Part shown: in pieces, positions 1-12,600 of the stretch
Layout: every line of letters starts with the position of its first letter
Numbering within the stretch: the stretch's first letter is position 1
Source: Ylistrum balloti
Taxonomy: Eukaryota
Length of the DNA: 64,000 nucleotides
Reading direction: 5' to 3'
NCBI RefSeq assembly: GCF_031769215.1
Contig: NW_026781888.1
Span: 1,116,001 to 1,180,000 of the forward strand
Notes under the pieces: model-generated
Database searches by the model: none
The model's input: only the letters and a program-made list of their open reading frames with translations
What the model was told of the DNA's origin: nothing
Translations under genes and position numbers: made by a program

Positions 1-338
1 TCATTTTACAGTTTTTGAACATCTTAAGAAATGAAGTTACTAGTTCTGTTTGATTTCTGCTGATGATATCCAAGTAATGAAGATTTGTCATTTGTGAATA
101 ATGGCTGTAAAATGTTTGATTGCAGAGAGGTTAATGTAGAAAATCTTGCACTGAAATCCTTGTTTGAAGTCATCTTTCCTTCTCCAACAAAGCATCTGAG
201 ACTAATAAGAGATGTTTTTAGGATACTGTCATCAATCTTCTGATATGTTAATGGTGGTGTGATACACTAATTATTTCTATAGCTGTAGAAATATGTATTG
301 AAATAATGAGACTAACCATTTTTCTGACATTGTTTCAG

Positions 339-3300
339 ATAAGGAAGATCAAGTAGAAAAACAAGACCAAGAAAATGTAGAGAAAGGTAAGATAGTTTTA
401 GACTTAAGAATAACATTGTAATATGTTGGAACAGCTCTGGTCCCATGTCCTGAAACAGGTCTGGTCCCATGTCCTGAAACAGCTCTGGTCCCATGTCCTG
501 AAACAGTGCTGGAACCATGTCCTGAAACAGCTCTGGTCTTATGTCCTGAAACAGCTCTGGTCTCATGTCCTGAAACAGCTCTGGTCCCATGTCCTGAAAC
601 AGCTCTGGTCTCATGTCCTGAAACAGCTCTGGTCTCATGTCCTGAAACAGCTCTGGTCCCATGTCCTGAAACAGCTCTGGTCCCATGTCCTGAAACAGTG
701 CTGGAACCATGTCCCGATGAAAGCTTTGGTACCAGGCCCTGAAACAGCTCCAGCTTTGGTACCAGGCCCTGAAACAGCTCCAGTACCATGTCCTGATGAA
801 AGCTTTGGTACCATGTCCTGTAAAATGCTTTGGTTCCATTCCCTGAAAAAGCTCTGGTTCCATGCCCTGAAAAAGCTTTGGTTCTATGCCCTGAAACAGC
901 TCTGTCTCATGTCCTGAAACAGCTTTGGTCCAATATCCTAAAAACACTCTTGTCAAGTGTCCTGAACAGCTCTTGTCAAGTGTCCTGAAACAGCTCTTGT
1001 CTAGTGTCCTGAAACAGCTCTTGATAAGTGTCCTGAAACAGCTCTTGTCTAGTGTCTTGAAACAGCTCTTGTCGAGTGTCCTGAAACAGCTCTTGTCAAG
1101 TGTCCTGAAACAGCTCTTGTCTAGTGTCCTGAAACAGCTCTTGTCGAGTGTCCTGAACAGCTCTTGTCAAGTACAGCTCTTGTCTATTGCCCTGAAGCAA
1201 CTCTTGTCTAGTGTCCTGAACAGCTCTTGTCTAGTGTCCTGAAACAGCTCTTGCCTAATGTCCTGAAACAGCTCTTGTAAAGTGTCCTGAACTGCTCTGG
1301 TCCTGTGGCTTGAAACATGAAACAGCTCTTGTCAAGTGTCCTGAAACAGCTCTTGTCAAGTGTCCTGAAACAGCTCTTGTCTAGTGTCCTGAAACAACTC
1401 TGATCCTGTGTCCTGAGACAGCTCTGGTCTCATGTCCTGGGTCTACCATAATTAATTTTTTGATAGGGTTTATATATTAAACCCTGCTATTTCATCTATG
1501 TTTACCAAAATGTTTTTTTTTTTATTTCCTGATGTCTGTCTCCTGCCATTACACCAGAGTATGGGTGTTTTTGTTTTAAGGTGATGAAGTGATCCCTGAG
1601 TCCAAACTTTTGCTGGAGGAGAAGTCCCTGGTATTGGCGATTAGAGACACGTTTCTGCCACGAATGAAGGGAAGAGATGCCAGTGTTTTTGGGACCCTTG
1701 TGTTGGACACCTGGCCCAATGTGGAGGTCCCCATGGTGTTTGGCGGGGAGGAGGACATGTTACCAAAACCACCCCAGTCTCGAGCAAGTTCCGGCAAAGG
1801 GACATCCTCCCGTGCCAAGACTGCCAAAAGTCAAGACTCTATGAGGTCTCTCAAAGGTAAGAGAGAATTTATTCAATATATTTGCATTGTGTTCGGTTCT
1901 CCATCTTTTTCAAATTATAATGAAAAATTGAAATTAAAAACATAGAAAAAATTAATAATGAAAGTTTGAATAACAGGATTAAACCAATAATTAGGAAATG
2001 TAACAACATGGCAAAGTAAAATTTGGAGACCAAGAGATGAAGACAAATAGTTACACATTATATTGATAATAATCTCAAGTAAAACAAATTTTCAAATTAA
2101 ACAAGAAATATTCGACTCAAACTTATTACTTTTTCTACTGGATTGTTGCTTCTCTCAACAATCTGTCTAACAATGGCCATCTTTAGAAACAAACGTTATA
2201 ATTCTGTTGACGGACAGGTTAAAGATCGTACAAATGATGTCATACTTTTGCGAGATTGATATCCGTGTAGTATTCATTTAACAATCACCGTGACAACATA
2301 TTTTAAGTTGTATGACTTTGTCTACTGCTATATACTGACTACATCATGGTAAGTTCTCATTCCTGCTCCTTACAATACTGCATGGTTTCATTTTGCAATA
2401 TAACGCTTAATTTTCTTTGCAGAACAGCATTTTTTATATGTCTGACTACTGTCTTATGAGTGTGAAATGTACCACTTGATTTTGCAGGACTTTGTATATA
2501 TTTGTCAGATTAGTTGATTTAATGTGTTTAATTTTTTTTTTTTTTTATGTTTTAGGGTTTTCATATGAGTTTAAAATATTAAGTATGTATTTATGATAAG
2601 GAGTAGTTTAGCTGTATCAGACCCAAATTGAGCGCACTGTTAGACAGGGTATTCAACTTCTTTTCACAATGGTGTTTATTGTACTCTACACACTCAGAAA
2701 AACAAAACAAAAAAGATGAATCAACAGAAATGTTTTAAGTGTTCCTTGACTAATGAAAATAATCACATCATAAGCTTGGGAAAAAAACCCAATAAAATTG
2801 TGAAAATAAGTTGGAAACACATCACTGAGACGTTATTTAGGATATAATAAAGGACAGGCTTAAGGCATATTTATACAGTCTCTCAGTAACAAATCCTGCC
2901 TAGTGACAAGCTTTCGTCAGACACTGACTCAAGCTTTATAGTATTATTTTAATGTGTTTTAGAACACTTAATACAATTTGGATCACTTTGGATTGTTGAT
3001 GGGTTGAACTGTATAGATATATCTGTACTATAAATAGATTATGCACTTTATATGAATATGTAATTAATTACACCTGTAGACATAAGTTCCCAAGCAGCTA
3101 GTCTTACTCATATACTGTAAACTAGATAGATGATGTTGGCAAAACATAAATAGTTCAGGATTTACTGTTTGTTACTGACAGAAGTTGTCTGGGTCCTTAA
3201 TTTACTGTTTGTTACTGACAGAAGTTGACTGGTTCAGTAATTTACTGTTTGTTACTGACAGAAGTTGACTGGTTCAGTAATTTACTGTTTGTTACTGACA

Positions 3301-5008
3301 GAAGTTGACTGGTTCAGTAATTTACTGTTTGTTACTGACAGAAGTTGACTGGTTCAGTAATTTACTGTTTGTTACTGACAGAAGTTGACTGGTTCCTTAA
3401 TTTAATGTTTGTTACTGACAGAAGTTGACTGGTTCAGTGATTTACTATTTGTTACTGACAGAAGTTGACTGGTTCCTTAATTTACTGTTTGTTACTGACA
3501 GAAGTTGACTGGTTCAGTGATTTACTGTTTGTTACTGACAGAAGTTGACTGGTTCCTTAATTTACTGTTTGTTACTGACAGAAGTTGAATTGTTCAGTAA
3601 TTTACTGTTTGTTACTGACAGAAGTTGACTGGTTCAGTAATTTACTGTTTGTTACTGACAGAAGTTGACTGGTTCAGTAATTTACTGTTTGTTACTGACA
3701 GAAGTTGACTGGTTCAGTAATTTACTGTTTGTTACTGACAGAAGTTGACTGGTTCAGTAATTTACTGTTTGTTACTGACAGAAGTTGACTGGTTCAGTGA
3801 TTTACTGTTTGTTACTGACAGAAGTTGACTGGTTCAGTAATTTACTGTTTGTTACTGACAGAAGTTGACTGGGTCCTTAATTTACTGTTTGTTACTGACA
3901 GAAGTTGACTGGTTCAGTGATTTACTGTTTGTTATTGACAGAAATTGACTGGTTCATGTTTGTTATTGGTAGAAATTGACTGGTTCATGTTTGTTATTGA
4001 CAGAAATTAGCTGGTTCATGTTTGTTATTGACAGAAATTGACTGGTTCATGTTTGTTATTGACAGAAATTGACAGGTTCAGTGTTTGTAAACTCCAGGTT
4101 CCATCTCGGTTATGTTTTTACTTTCCACTGGATGTAGGATCCCGTAGCTTATGAGTAATATTCACCCTGATTGCTGATGTTTTAGATAGAGTAATATTTT
4201 AGCTGTTAGTATGACTTTGAGCGTACAATATTATGGATATATCATCTCCACTGCATGACCTGCACAGATTTCATGTGTGATATATAAAGTAGAAGCTTGT
4301 AGTAAAATTATTCATGGATATAGTCTCCTGGTATAATTAAGATGTACAAACATTTTCTATATACCATCAATTCTGGAACATAACCAGTTAAGATTTACTC
4401 TCAAAAAATGCTTGAAACTAATCTTATTTATGATGAATTTTCAATAGTTTTACAGAGAAATGTTACAATTTTTTGCTGACAATATGTTCTTAACAAACAA
4501 CACAGGGCTAATTTTGATCATTGGAATTCTTCAAAATTCCATCCTAGGTATTGTAGCGCTATTTAAATGATAAAGAGAAGGAGCTAACAGTCTTGTTTAG
4601 GTGGATTTGGAACATTTTCATATTCATGGAATGATACTTTGATCATTCAGATGCCTTTAAACTTGTACTTAATACCTTAAAAATATTGACCATGGTACAA
4701 ATAGTGAAACAACCATGGATGTAAGTTATTGAAGCTGAAAGTGGTATCACTGAGAATATGTGAAGGATTTGTATATAGGTAATTTGGAATCTTTTTCAGA
4801 CTCTATCAACCTCAATACTCCTGTAGTGGCAATGGCTCGCTCCTCTGCACAACGATTCCAGGCAGTAGGTGATCCCAACCAAAACCAGAACCTTGAGGAC
4901 ATGCATGATGCTATTGCCGTGGCAACGGGTGAGCTGGGATTGTTACCTGGTGTGGCCTTCCAGGCTCGTGTAGCTCAGTTGTCACAGCTCAACGCAGCTC
5001 ATCAGGCG
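339..5008 (+). CDS. Dynein exons 1-3 in window: end of AAA1 small domain and AAA1-AAA2 link
   Basis: Exon 1581-1856 encodes EEKSLVLAIRDTFLPRMKGRDASVFGTLVLDTWPNVEVP, matching the dynein E..L..A.RD..LP...D...F..L..D.FP pattern. Exon 4800-5008 ends LGLLPGVAFQARVAQLSQL. The 48-nt exon 339-386 (ttgtttcag/GTAAGA) is phase 1-1. Confidence 0.85.
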
Positions 5009-8000
5009 GTAAGTACAGCAGTAAAATCACCAGGAAGGAATATAAACCCAACAGGCGAAAAATCAACTCAATGTTTTTATCATCAGATGCTGGGAAATCC
5101 AGTTTGAAGTGCACACAAGTCCAATCTTTGACCATCAGTGTTATCCCTCACTGGTTAATGTATATGTATGAAACTGTCTTTACTAGCTGTTGTCAATTTG
5201 CTACAAGTCACTCATTCAATGGAGTTAGAAGCATGCAACCTTACATGGCATTTAGATAACGACATCATGGTATCGTGTAGTAAGACCTGTATACATTTTG
5301 TGTAGATATTTGTGGTGGGGCCTCCAGGCTGTGGAAAGAGTGAGTGTATAAAGACATTCGCTGTGGCAGAGCGTGAACGCGGGAAGACCATTAGCGTTCA
5401 CACCATGTTCACCAAGGCAGTCGAATCAGAAGAACTGATGGGCTACTGGGACCCAAAAACTAAGTATGTACAGATCTATCAAAGACATGTAAATCTTCAG
5501 AACCATCAAAGACATGTAAATATAGAGAACCATCAAAGACATGTAAATGTTAAGAACCATCAAAGACAATGTAAATATTCAGAACCATTAAAGACTTGTA
5601 AATCTTCAGAACCAGCAAAGACATGTAAATATTCAGAACCAGCAAAGACATGTAAATATTCAGAACTATCAAAGACATGTAAATATTCAGAACCTTCAAA
5701 GACATGTAAATATAGAGAACCATCAAAGACATGTAAATATTTAGAACCATAAAAGACATGTAAATCTTCAGAATGGAGAAATTTGAACCTTATTGATACC
5801 ATTTTTAATTTTGGCATCAGTGGAGTACGTCAGCAATCCTGAGGTAAGTTAATGACAATATACTATAGTCAGTCTCTAAATTATGAATAGAATTTGGAAT
5901 TCCTATTTAACTAAACATAAGCTGTTCAATTTTACATTGCTATGTTTTAATCATATGACATGTAGTTATACTTTAATGTGTTTTTCAGGGAATGGAAGGA
6001 TGGCTTGTTTGCCTCACTTCTCAGGAAACTCTGCATTCAGCCCCCGAGCATGAACTATGACTTCAACAGCAAACCTGCTATGAAGATTGTCCAGCTGGAT
6101 GGAGAGGTAAGAAGACATACAGATCTAATGCTCCATAAGGAACAACAGCTTTGTTCCTTGACATATTTGCTTCAATTTGAAATAATTACTCTGAAATTAT
6201 AGAGATACAGGTTCAGAAAGATTTTGTGAAACATTTCAGTACAATGTACAATCTGCATCCAGTTAGTTACCTTCACCAGACAAATTAAGTGTATGTACAC
6301 AAAGCTTTCAAATACAGAGGATGACAAGACAGTTACCTACACTTCAAGAAAATAATGCAAACAGCACATGAAATGACAGTCAGAATAATGTATCAGTGTT
6401 TTGATTTTGTCTTGTTGTTACTTGTATTAGGCTGATGTAGGACAAATGGAATTACTGGGAGCTTTCCTCAACAATGATGGATCTGTTGTCCTAGGTAACA
6501 ATGAAAGAATGGTCATTCCTGACACGACTCGCTTCTTCTGGGAGGTAAGTTCTCAAAACAAATAGCAACTTTGTAAGGGGTTATGCATCTGTTTATATAT
6601 ATATATGAATGTAGGGCAATAAATATTTCTGATGATAAGAAAAAACAAGATCATATGTTCTGCCTTGGCCTGAGGAAGCCCTAAAAAAGGCATCTTGTTT
6701 TGTGTTCTTGTTGGGTTTTAGATTGCAAGGACTCGTTTGTTTTCTATTTTTTATGATGTACATGTAAGTATAGTATATTTTTCTATTCAATGCTATAACC
6801 ATTAATGATTCTAATACCACTATCAGTTTTGTATAATTGAAATAACCATGTCTTGTACATAATTTGATTCCAGCTGGAGACGGTGGGACACATGAGTCCT
6901 GCCCTGCTAGCCAATGTTGCCATCCTCAACATGTCAATGCTGGATGTGGGTTGGAAGCTGCTACTGGTGCAATGGCTGGAGCGCCGTCCAGAGGCTGACC
7001 GTGAGCTGCTGTCTGGGTTCTGTGATGTGTATGTTCAGAAAACAGTTGACTACCTTACAGAGTGCTGCCAGCCCCACATGCTTGGTGGGGTGAAACATAA
7101 TGGACCGCAGTACAAACGTGTTATACCTCACTCCACTGAGAACATGATCACCACGTTTTGTACACTGCTCGAGGTTTGTAACACTGCCGAACACTTACCT
7201 GCCAAAGCTCTTCAGTAAATAAGAGAATACAAAAATATATACTTTTTTCTCTTCAAACAAGATGTCCTCAATGTTTACTCTGACTCACCATAATATGTAA
7301 GACCGATGCTATTGTATATTTCTAGACACCTGTCATTGACTGTGACTCATCATTATATATAAGACAGATGATGTTGTATATTTCTAGACACCTGTCATTG
7401 TCTGTGACTCATCATTATATATAAGACAGATGCTGTTGTATATTTCTAGACACCAGTCGTTGACCGTGACTCATCATTATATATAAGACAAGCTGTTGTA
7501 TATTTCTAGGCACTTGTCCATTCCAATCCAGACCTTAGTGATTTAGAATATGAGCGTTACTTCAACTTTGCAATCATCTGGGCATTTACTGGTACACTGG
7601 AGGTAGAACATCGAGAAAACTTCAGTCAGTGGTGGAAAGTGGAATTCAACCAGTACATAGAGTACCCAGCTGAGGGCACGGTGAGAAACATGATATATGA
7701 CTTGTGTTGGATAATTTTTTCTCAGAATCAAACTTACCATATGAAATTTAGAAATCAATGGGTATATTAGTGTCTTTATTGTATAGATGGTGTCCATGTG
7801 TGAGTCAGTGATACAGATTAGATTTCTCACTTTACTAGACTAATATGATGACTGTATGAAATTCTGTAGGTGTTTGACTACTTTGTGGACAATGAGAGTC
7901 ATGAGTTTACCCGCTGGTGTGACAGTATGAGTAACTACAGTGGTGACCCCCATTCTGGCATCTCGTCAGAAGCCTTTGTACACACAGTACCGATAGAGGT

Positions 8001-9619
8001 AAGTGATAAAGTGCAATTTTGAGAATCAATGAGAACTCAAACAAATTAAAATTAAACAAATTGATTTGAATATATATTTCAAAACCAATACTTTCATAGA
8101 TATTTAAGATCTATTTTTAATCATTTAGCTGGGTTTTTTTTCGATAAAATAATGTGTTTTAGGACATTGAACAAGCCAGAGTTGGCACCCAACAGCTTAG
8201 GATTCTTTGTTGAAATAAGTGGCAGAATTTCTTTAAATGAATTTTATATAATGATGTTACTGTTTCAGCAACTGATGTACATTTTGGGCACTCTATCAGA
8301 CTATGGGAAACCTGTTGTGCTAGTCGGGGAGAACGGGTGCGGGAAAACTGCAATCATCAATGAGAGAATTCGTACTGTGTGCTCAGGCGAAGTGGCGGAG
8401 GTTCTCTCCCTTACTGTACAGGCTAATAGGTAAATTCTACAGGAATGAATCATAAGTAAGAGTATCCTAGATCATATTTAAAGACATTTATTGACTGGTG
8501 TGTATAATGAAAATGTATGAATTTGAAGTCGAAAAGGTTACGACTAAAAAGCAAAACAAGTGAATGACCAGTGTAGTAAAGTAAATTCTGGTGATATGTA
8601 CATAAGGTCAGTTTATAATGATGGTGCTATGTCCAGGTTCACCAACGCTCGTCTGCTGTATGACCGTCTGGATGGACGACTTGAGTGGAAACATGGGCGT
8701 ACATATGTCCCTAAGGGTAACAAGCGTCTCCTTTGTTTAGTGGATGACATCAACTTATCGCAGGTATGTCTTCATCTCTGTTCTTGTCTTGGTTGATAAT
8801 CCTAGATTTTTTATCAGAAATGTCCATTTCATTGAAAACTTGCATAGATCCAAAGAAAGACTGACAACAAACATGTTTGATGTTAAACCAGCCAAACATA
8901 CCATAGGATACCAGTATATAGGTTCAGTGTGTTCTGTCATACTTTATAATTATAAATCAGGTGCCTCTATTGAGACTGGAAAAAAATATGATAAATGTAT
9001 TTCTTAAATTTTGTAGTGCTATATTAGGTTTTATTACAGCATAAGTGCTTTACAAACATCGAGAACGTATATGTGACTGCTACAATAGATTTAAACACTT
9101 GAACAGTACAAAAACAATTATCATACTGATGTAACGTGATTATACTGACGTAACGTGATTATACTGACGTAACGTGATTATACTGATGTAACGTGATTAT
9201 ACTGATGTAACGTGATTATACTGATGTACCATGATTATTCTCCAGGTTGACAAATATGGTCACCAGACAGCGATAGAGTTGGTTAGGGAGCACATTGATG
9301 ATGGAGGTTTCTACAACCAAGACACTCACGCTTGGCGTTATGTGAAGAATGTCACCTATGTCAGCACCATCAACCCACACACTACAGCCAATGTGCCTGC
9401 CATCAGCCAGCGGTTCTTGCGACACTTTGCCGTGTTTGGCTGTCCCTACCCGACCAGTTCTGACCTGCAGACAATCTTTTCAACTCTCCTGCATACACAT
9501 TTTATAACTCCAGAAACCTCTAGTTCTGCAAATCTTGCTGGAGGACATCATGGCCATGATGAAAAGGTAATTATTGTAGCCAAATGACAACTTCAATCTA
9601 TCATATAGCAGATTATTAT

Positions 9620-9672
<53 letters not shown>

Positions 9673-12600
9673 ATCTTAGCCTGAAAGTCTACTGAGTTGC
9701 CTCCCTTACCTTAGCCTGACAGTCTACTGAGTTACCTCCCTTACTTCTTTTATTCAGCATTTGCATTGAATAACAGATTCTATTTTTGCAGTTATGTTGA
9801 TGATGGTGACTTGTCACAATGTTTTGTCTGAGACATTGTATGTATGCAATGTCTCCATTCAATTATATGTGTTGTCTATTCTGATGTTAGAAATTTCTGG
9901 ATTATGTTCAGCCTTTGATGGCCATCGACAATAGCCCAGTAACATCTGAGCAGACAGTACATAAATCAAAATAAAGACAGGGCTTTAGTACTGAATCATG
10001 GATGGAACACAGTTTTAGGTGTCCGCAGGTTCCTCAAGTAGATAAACAATTAGACAACAAAAAACACAACACATGAGTATATTCTACAATCAACACATGC
10101 TTGTGGTGTGTGTCCTTGACCATAAAATGGTTTTGTATTATTTTATATTTTTTTTATTTTTCTTTCCGGGATAACCCGCAGAAAAGGTTAAAACGAAAAT
10201 TCCATTAACAAAATATAAGTAAAATGTAATCGTGAACTGACAAACAAACCCCAATGACCTTAGTGTGACTTTGTCTTGATGATCCACACACCTATAAATG
10301 ATAGGATGTGTCTTGTTTCTCAGTTCTCTGGTCAGCACAGGGCATAGTTAGTTGGCATTTGAGCCAGTGACCCAATTAACAATGAACCAGTTTTATTGCA
10401 TTGAAATTTGAACTTTGACCCAGGCCCAAAACCAACAGAAAGAGGAAGAAGATGCTATGAAGAGACTTCTGTCCCTGATGGTCCAAGTGAGTGTGGATCT
10501 CCAGGATAGACTGCGCGCCATGTTCCTCCCCACAGCCCAGCGCTGCCACTACATCTTCACTGTCAGAGACCTCTCTACCGTTTTCAAGTGAGTCCTTCAT
10601 CTTCAAGTTTATAACCTTGAATATGACATAAATGAATATGTCAAAAAATATATTAAGACAGACGTCTTTAAACATATTTTATGTTTTCTGTGCATGTGTG
10701 TATGGAAGTCATATTTCCTAGGTAAAATCTGCAATTTACTGTCAGAAATCTAATGCAAGTCTTGTACCTGGTGAAAGAAAATATGCAGTGATGCATATTT
10801 TTTTAACAGAATCAAAATAAGGACTTTGTAGATTAAATTTCAGAACACTTCGCACAGGGTTTTAATTACAATCTATATCGGTATTAGTTTTGGCACTTTC
10901 TTTGTTTGTTTTAGTTATTCCCCATGGACTCTCCAGACAACCATAACTAAACCATTTTATTTTTTTCTCATCTATCAGTATTAAAATCTTCATTGTTCAT
11001 CAAGTCAGAAAGTGTTTACGTAATTATGATAATTATAAAATAGAGGAACTTTTTCTTAGTGATTTTACACTTGTGTTGTTGTACTCTACAGAAATCTCTG
11101 CCTATCCTTACAACCTGGTTGTCCCAGGAAAAATGTGCTGTTACTATGGCAACATGAGGCATTCTGGGTGTATGGCCATCGTATGGTATTAGATGTTGAT
11201 TTCCGACGGTTCAAACAGGCATTCTCCACAGCAGTCAAAAAAGAGTTCACAGCTGATGAATTTGTAAGTCTACGAAGTCAAATGACTTCTATTAAAAACG
11301 TGAAAAAAAGTAATATATCATATGTATAGTTTTTCTATCTTGATAAGTACAACCAGAAAATATTTTTAATTACTCCCCTTTAACATAACACTGCTCAAAC
11401 TAAGTTCAGCTTAACTACTATCTTTCTGGAATTTTTGTTTCCATGGATAAAACACAAATCATGAAATTTTCATAAAAATTGTACCTGTGTGTTTGTATTC
11501 AGATCCAGCTGCTAATTAAGACAAGACGCCCACTGTTCAGTAATCTGATAGAACAGGACAGTGGGGTGGTGACAGCAGGAATGATTGACATGCGTCATAG
11601 CTCTCAGGTGTCAGAGGAAGACGCACGCACAGACCTCTATAAACCTGTGTACATTGACACTGAAGCAAAGGCTCTGATGGAGCGAGGGGTCGAGGAGTAC
11701 AACAAAATACACCCGCGTATCAAATTAGCCCTGTACAAGGTCAGTGTCACGTGAACATCAAGGTTAACACTGGTACAGCTTACCACGATGTAATAGTCCC
11801 TTAGTTAAAACTCCGTTTTTTAAAAGTTTAATTTTTATGCCTCATCATTTCATGGCCAGGAGCATAAAATGTTACTTATGTCCATCATTTTGTCATGACT
11901 GTATAATTTTTGTTTCTGCTTATCAACTCTTAAACAGATACCAATATAGACCTGTAATTTGGTGGGTATAGGTGTTAAGTAATCTGTAGGTCAATATCTG
12001 ATTTGGTTATGGTCAATCATTTTTCCATTTAACTTTAAGTAGTTTAACTTAAATTTTCACAGAAACAGTAAGACCAATATTGGAGAGCCTTGCTTAAATA
12101 CAGTGGGAATTTAAAAGAAAAAGATCAGCAGGCAGTTTTATTTCAGATTCTTTACTGTAGATAAAGGAGATACTGTAGAACCTGCTGTTATTTTATTTCA
12201 CGTGTCATTTGTACACAACAAGAAGTTCTCAGCTTCTCTGTGGTTGCTGGCAGAAGCATATGTGTTGCTCCTGCATATCTAGTTTTTTCAGGTCATCTGA
12301 CTGAAGGGGCTGATGACCTATTGCGATTGCCTTTTGTCCGGCATCGTACGTTGTCCGTCGTGAACATTTTTAACTTCTTCCCGAGTTCTACATGTCTCAT
12401 TGAGCTGAAACTTACCTGAAATGATCGTGACATGATCTTGACCAAAGTTTGTTAATTTCGGGTTGGTCCGAAATCCAACACGGCCTCCATCTTGAAAACA
12501 CATTTTCAACTTCTTCTCAAGTTCAAAATTTGAAATCTTGTATTTTATGTCAGATGACCGTATAGGCCCATGGGCCTCTTGTTTAAATTTAACGTGATTG

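Noticed and set aside
312-1242. Overlapping repetitive ORFs on both strands
   Set aside because: Products of the 24-bp minisatellite inside a dynein intron.
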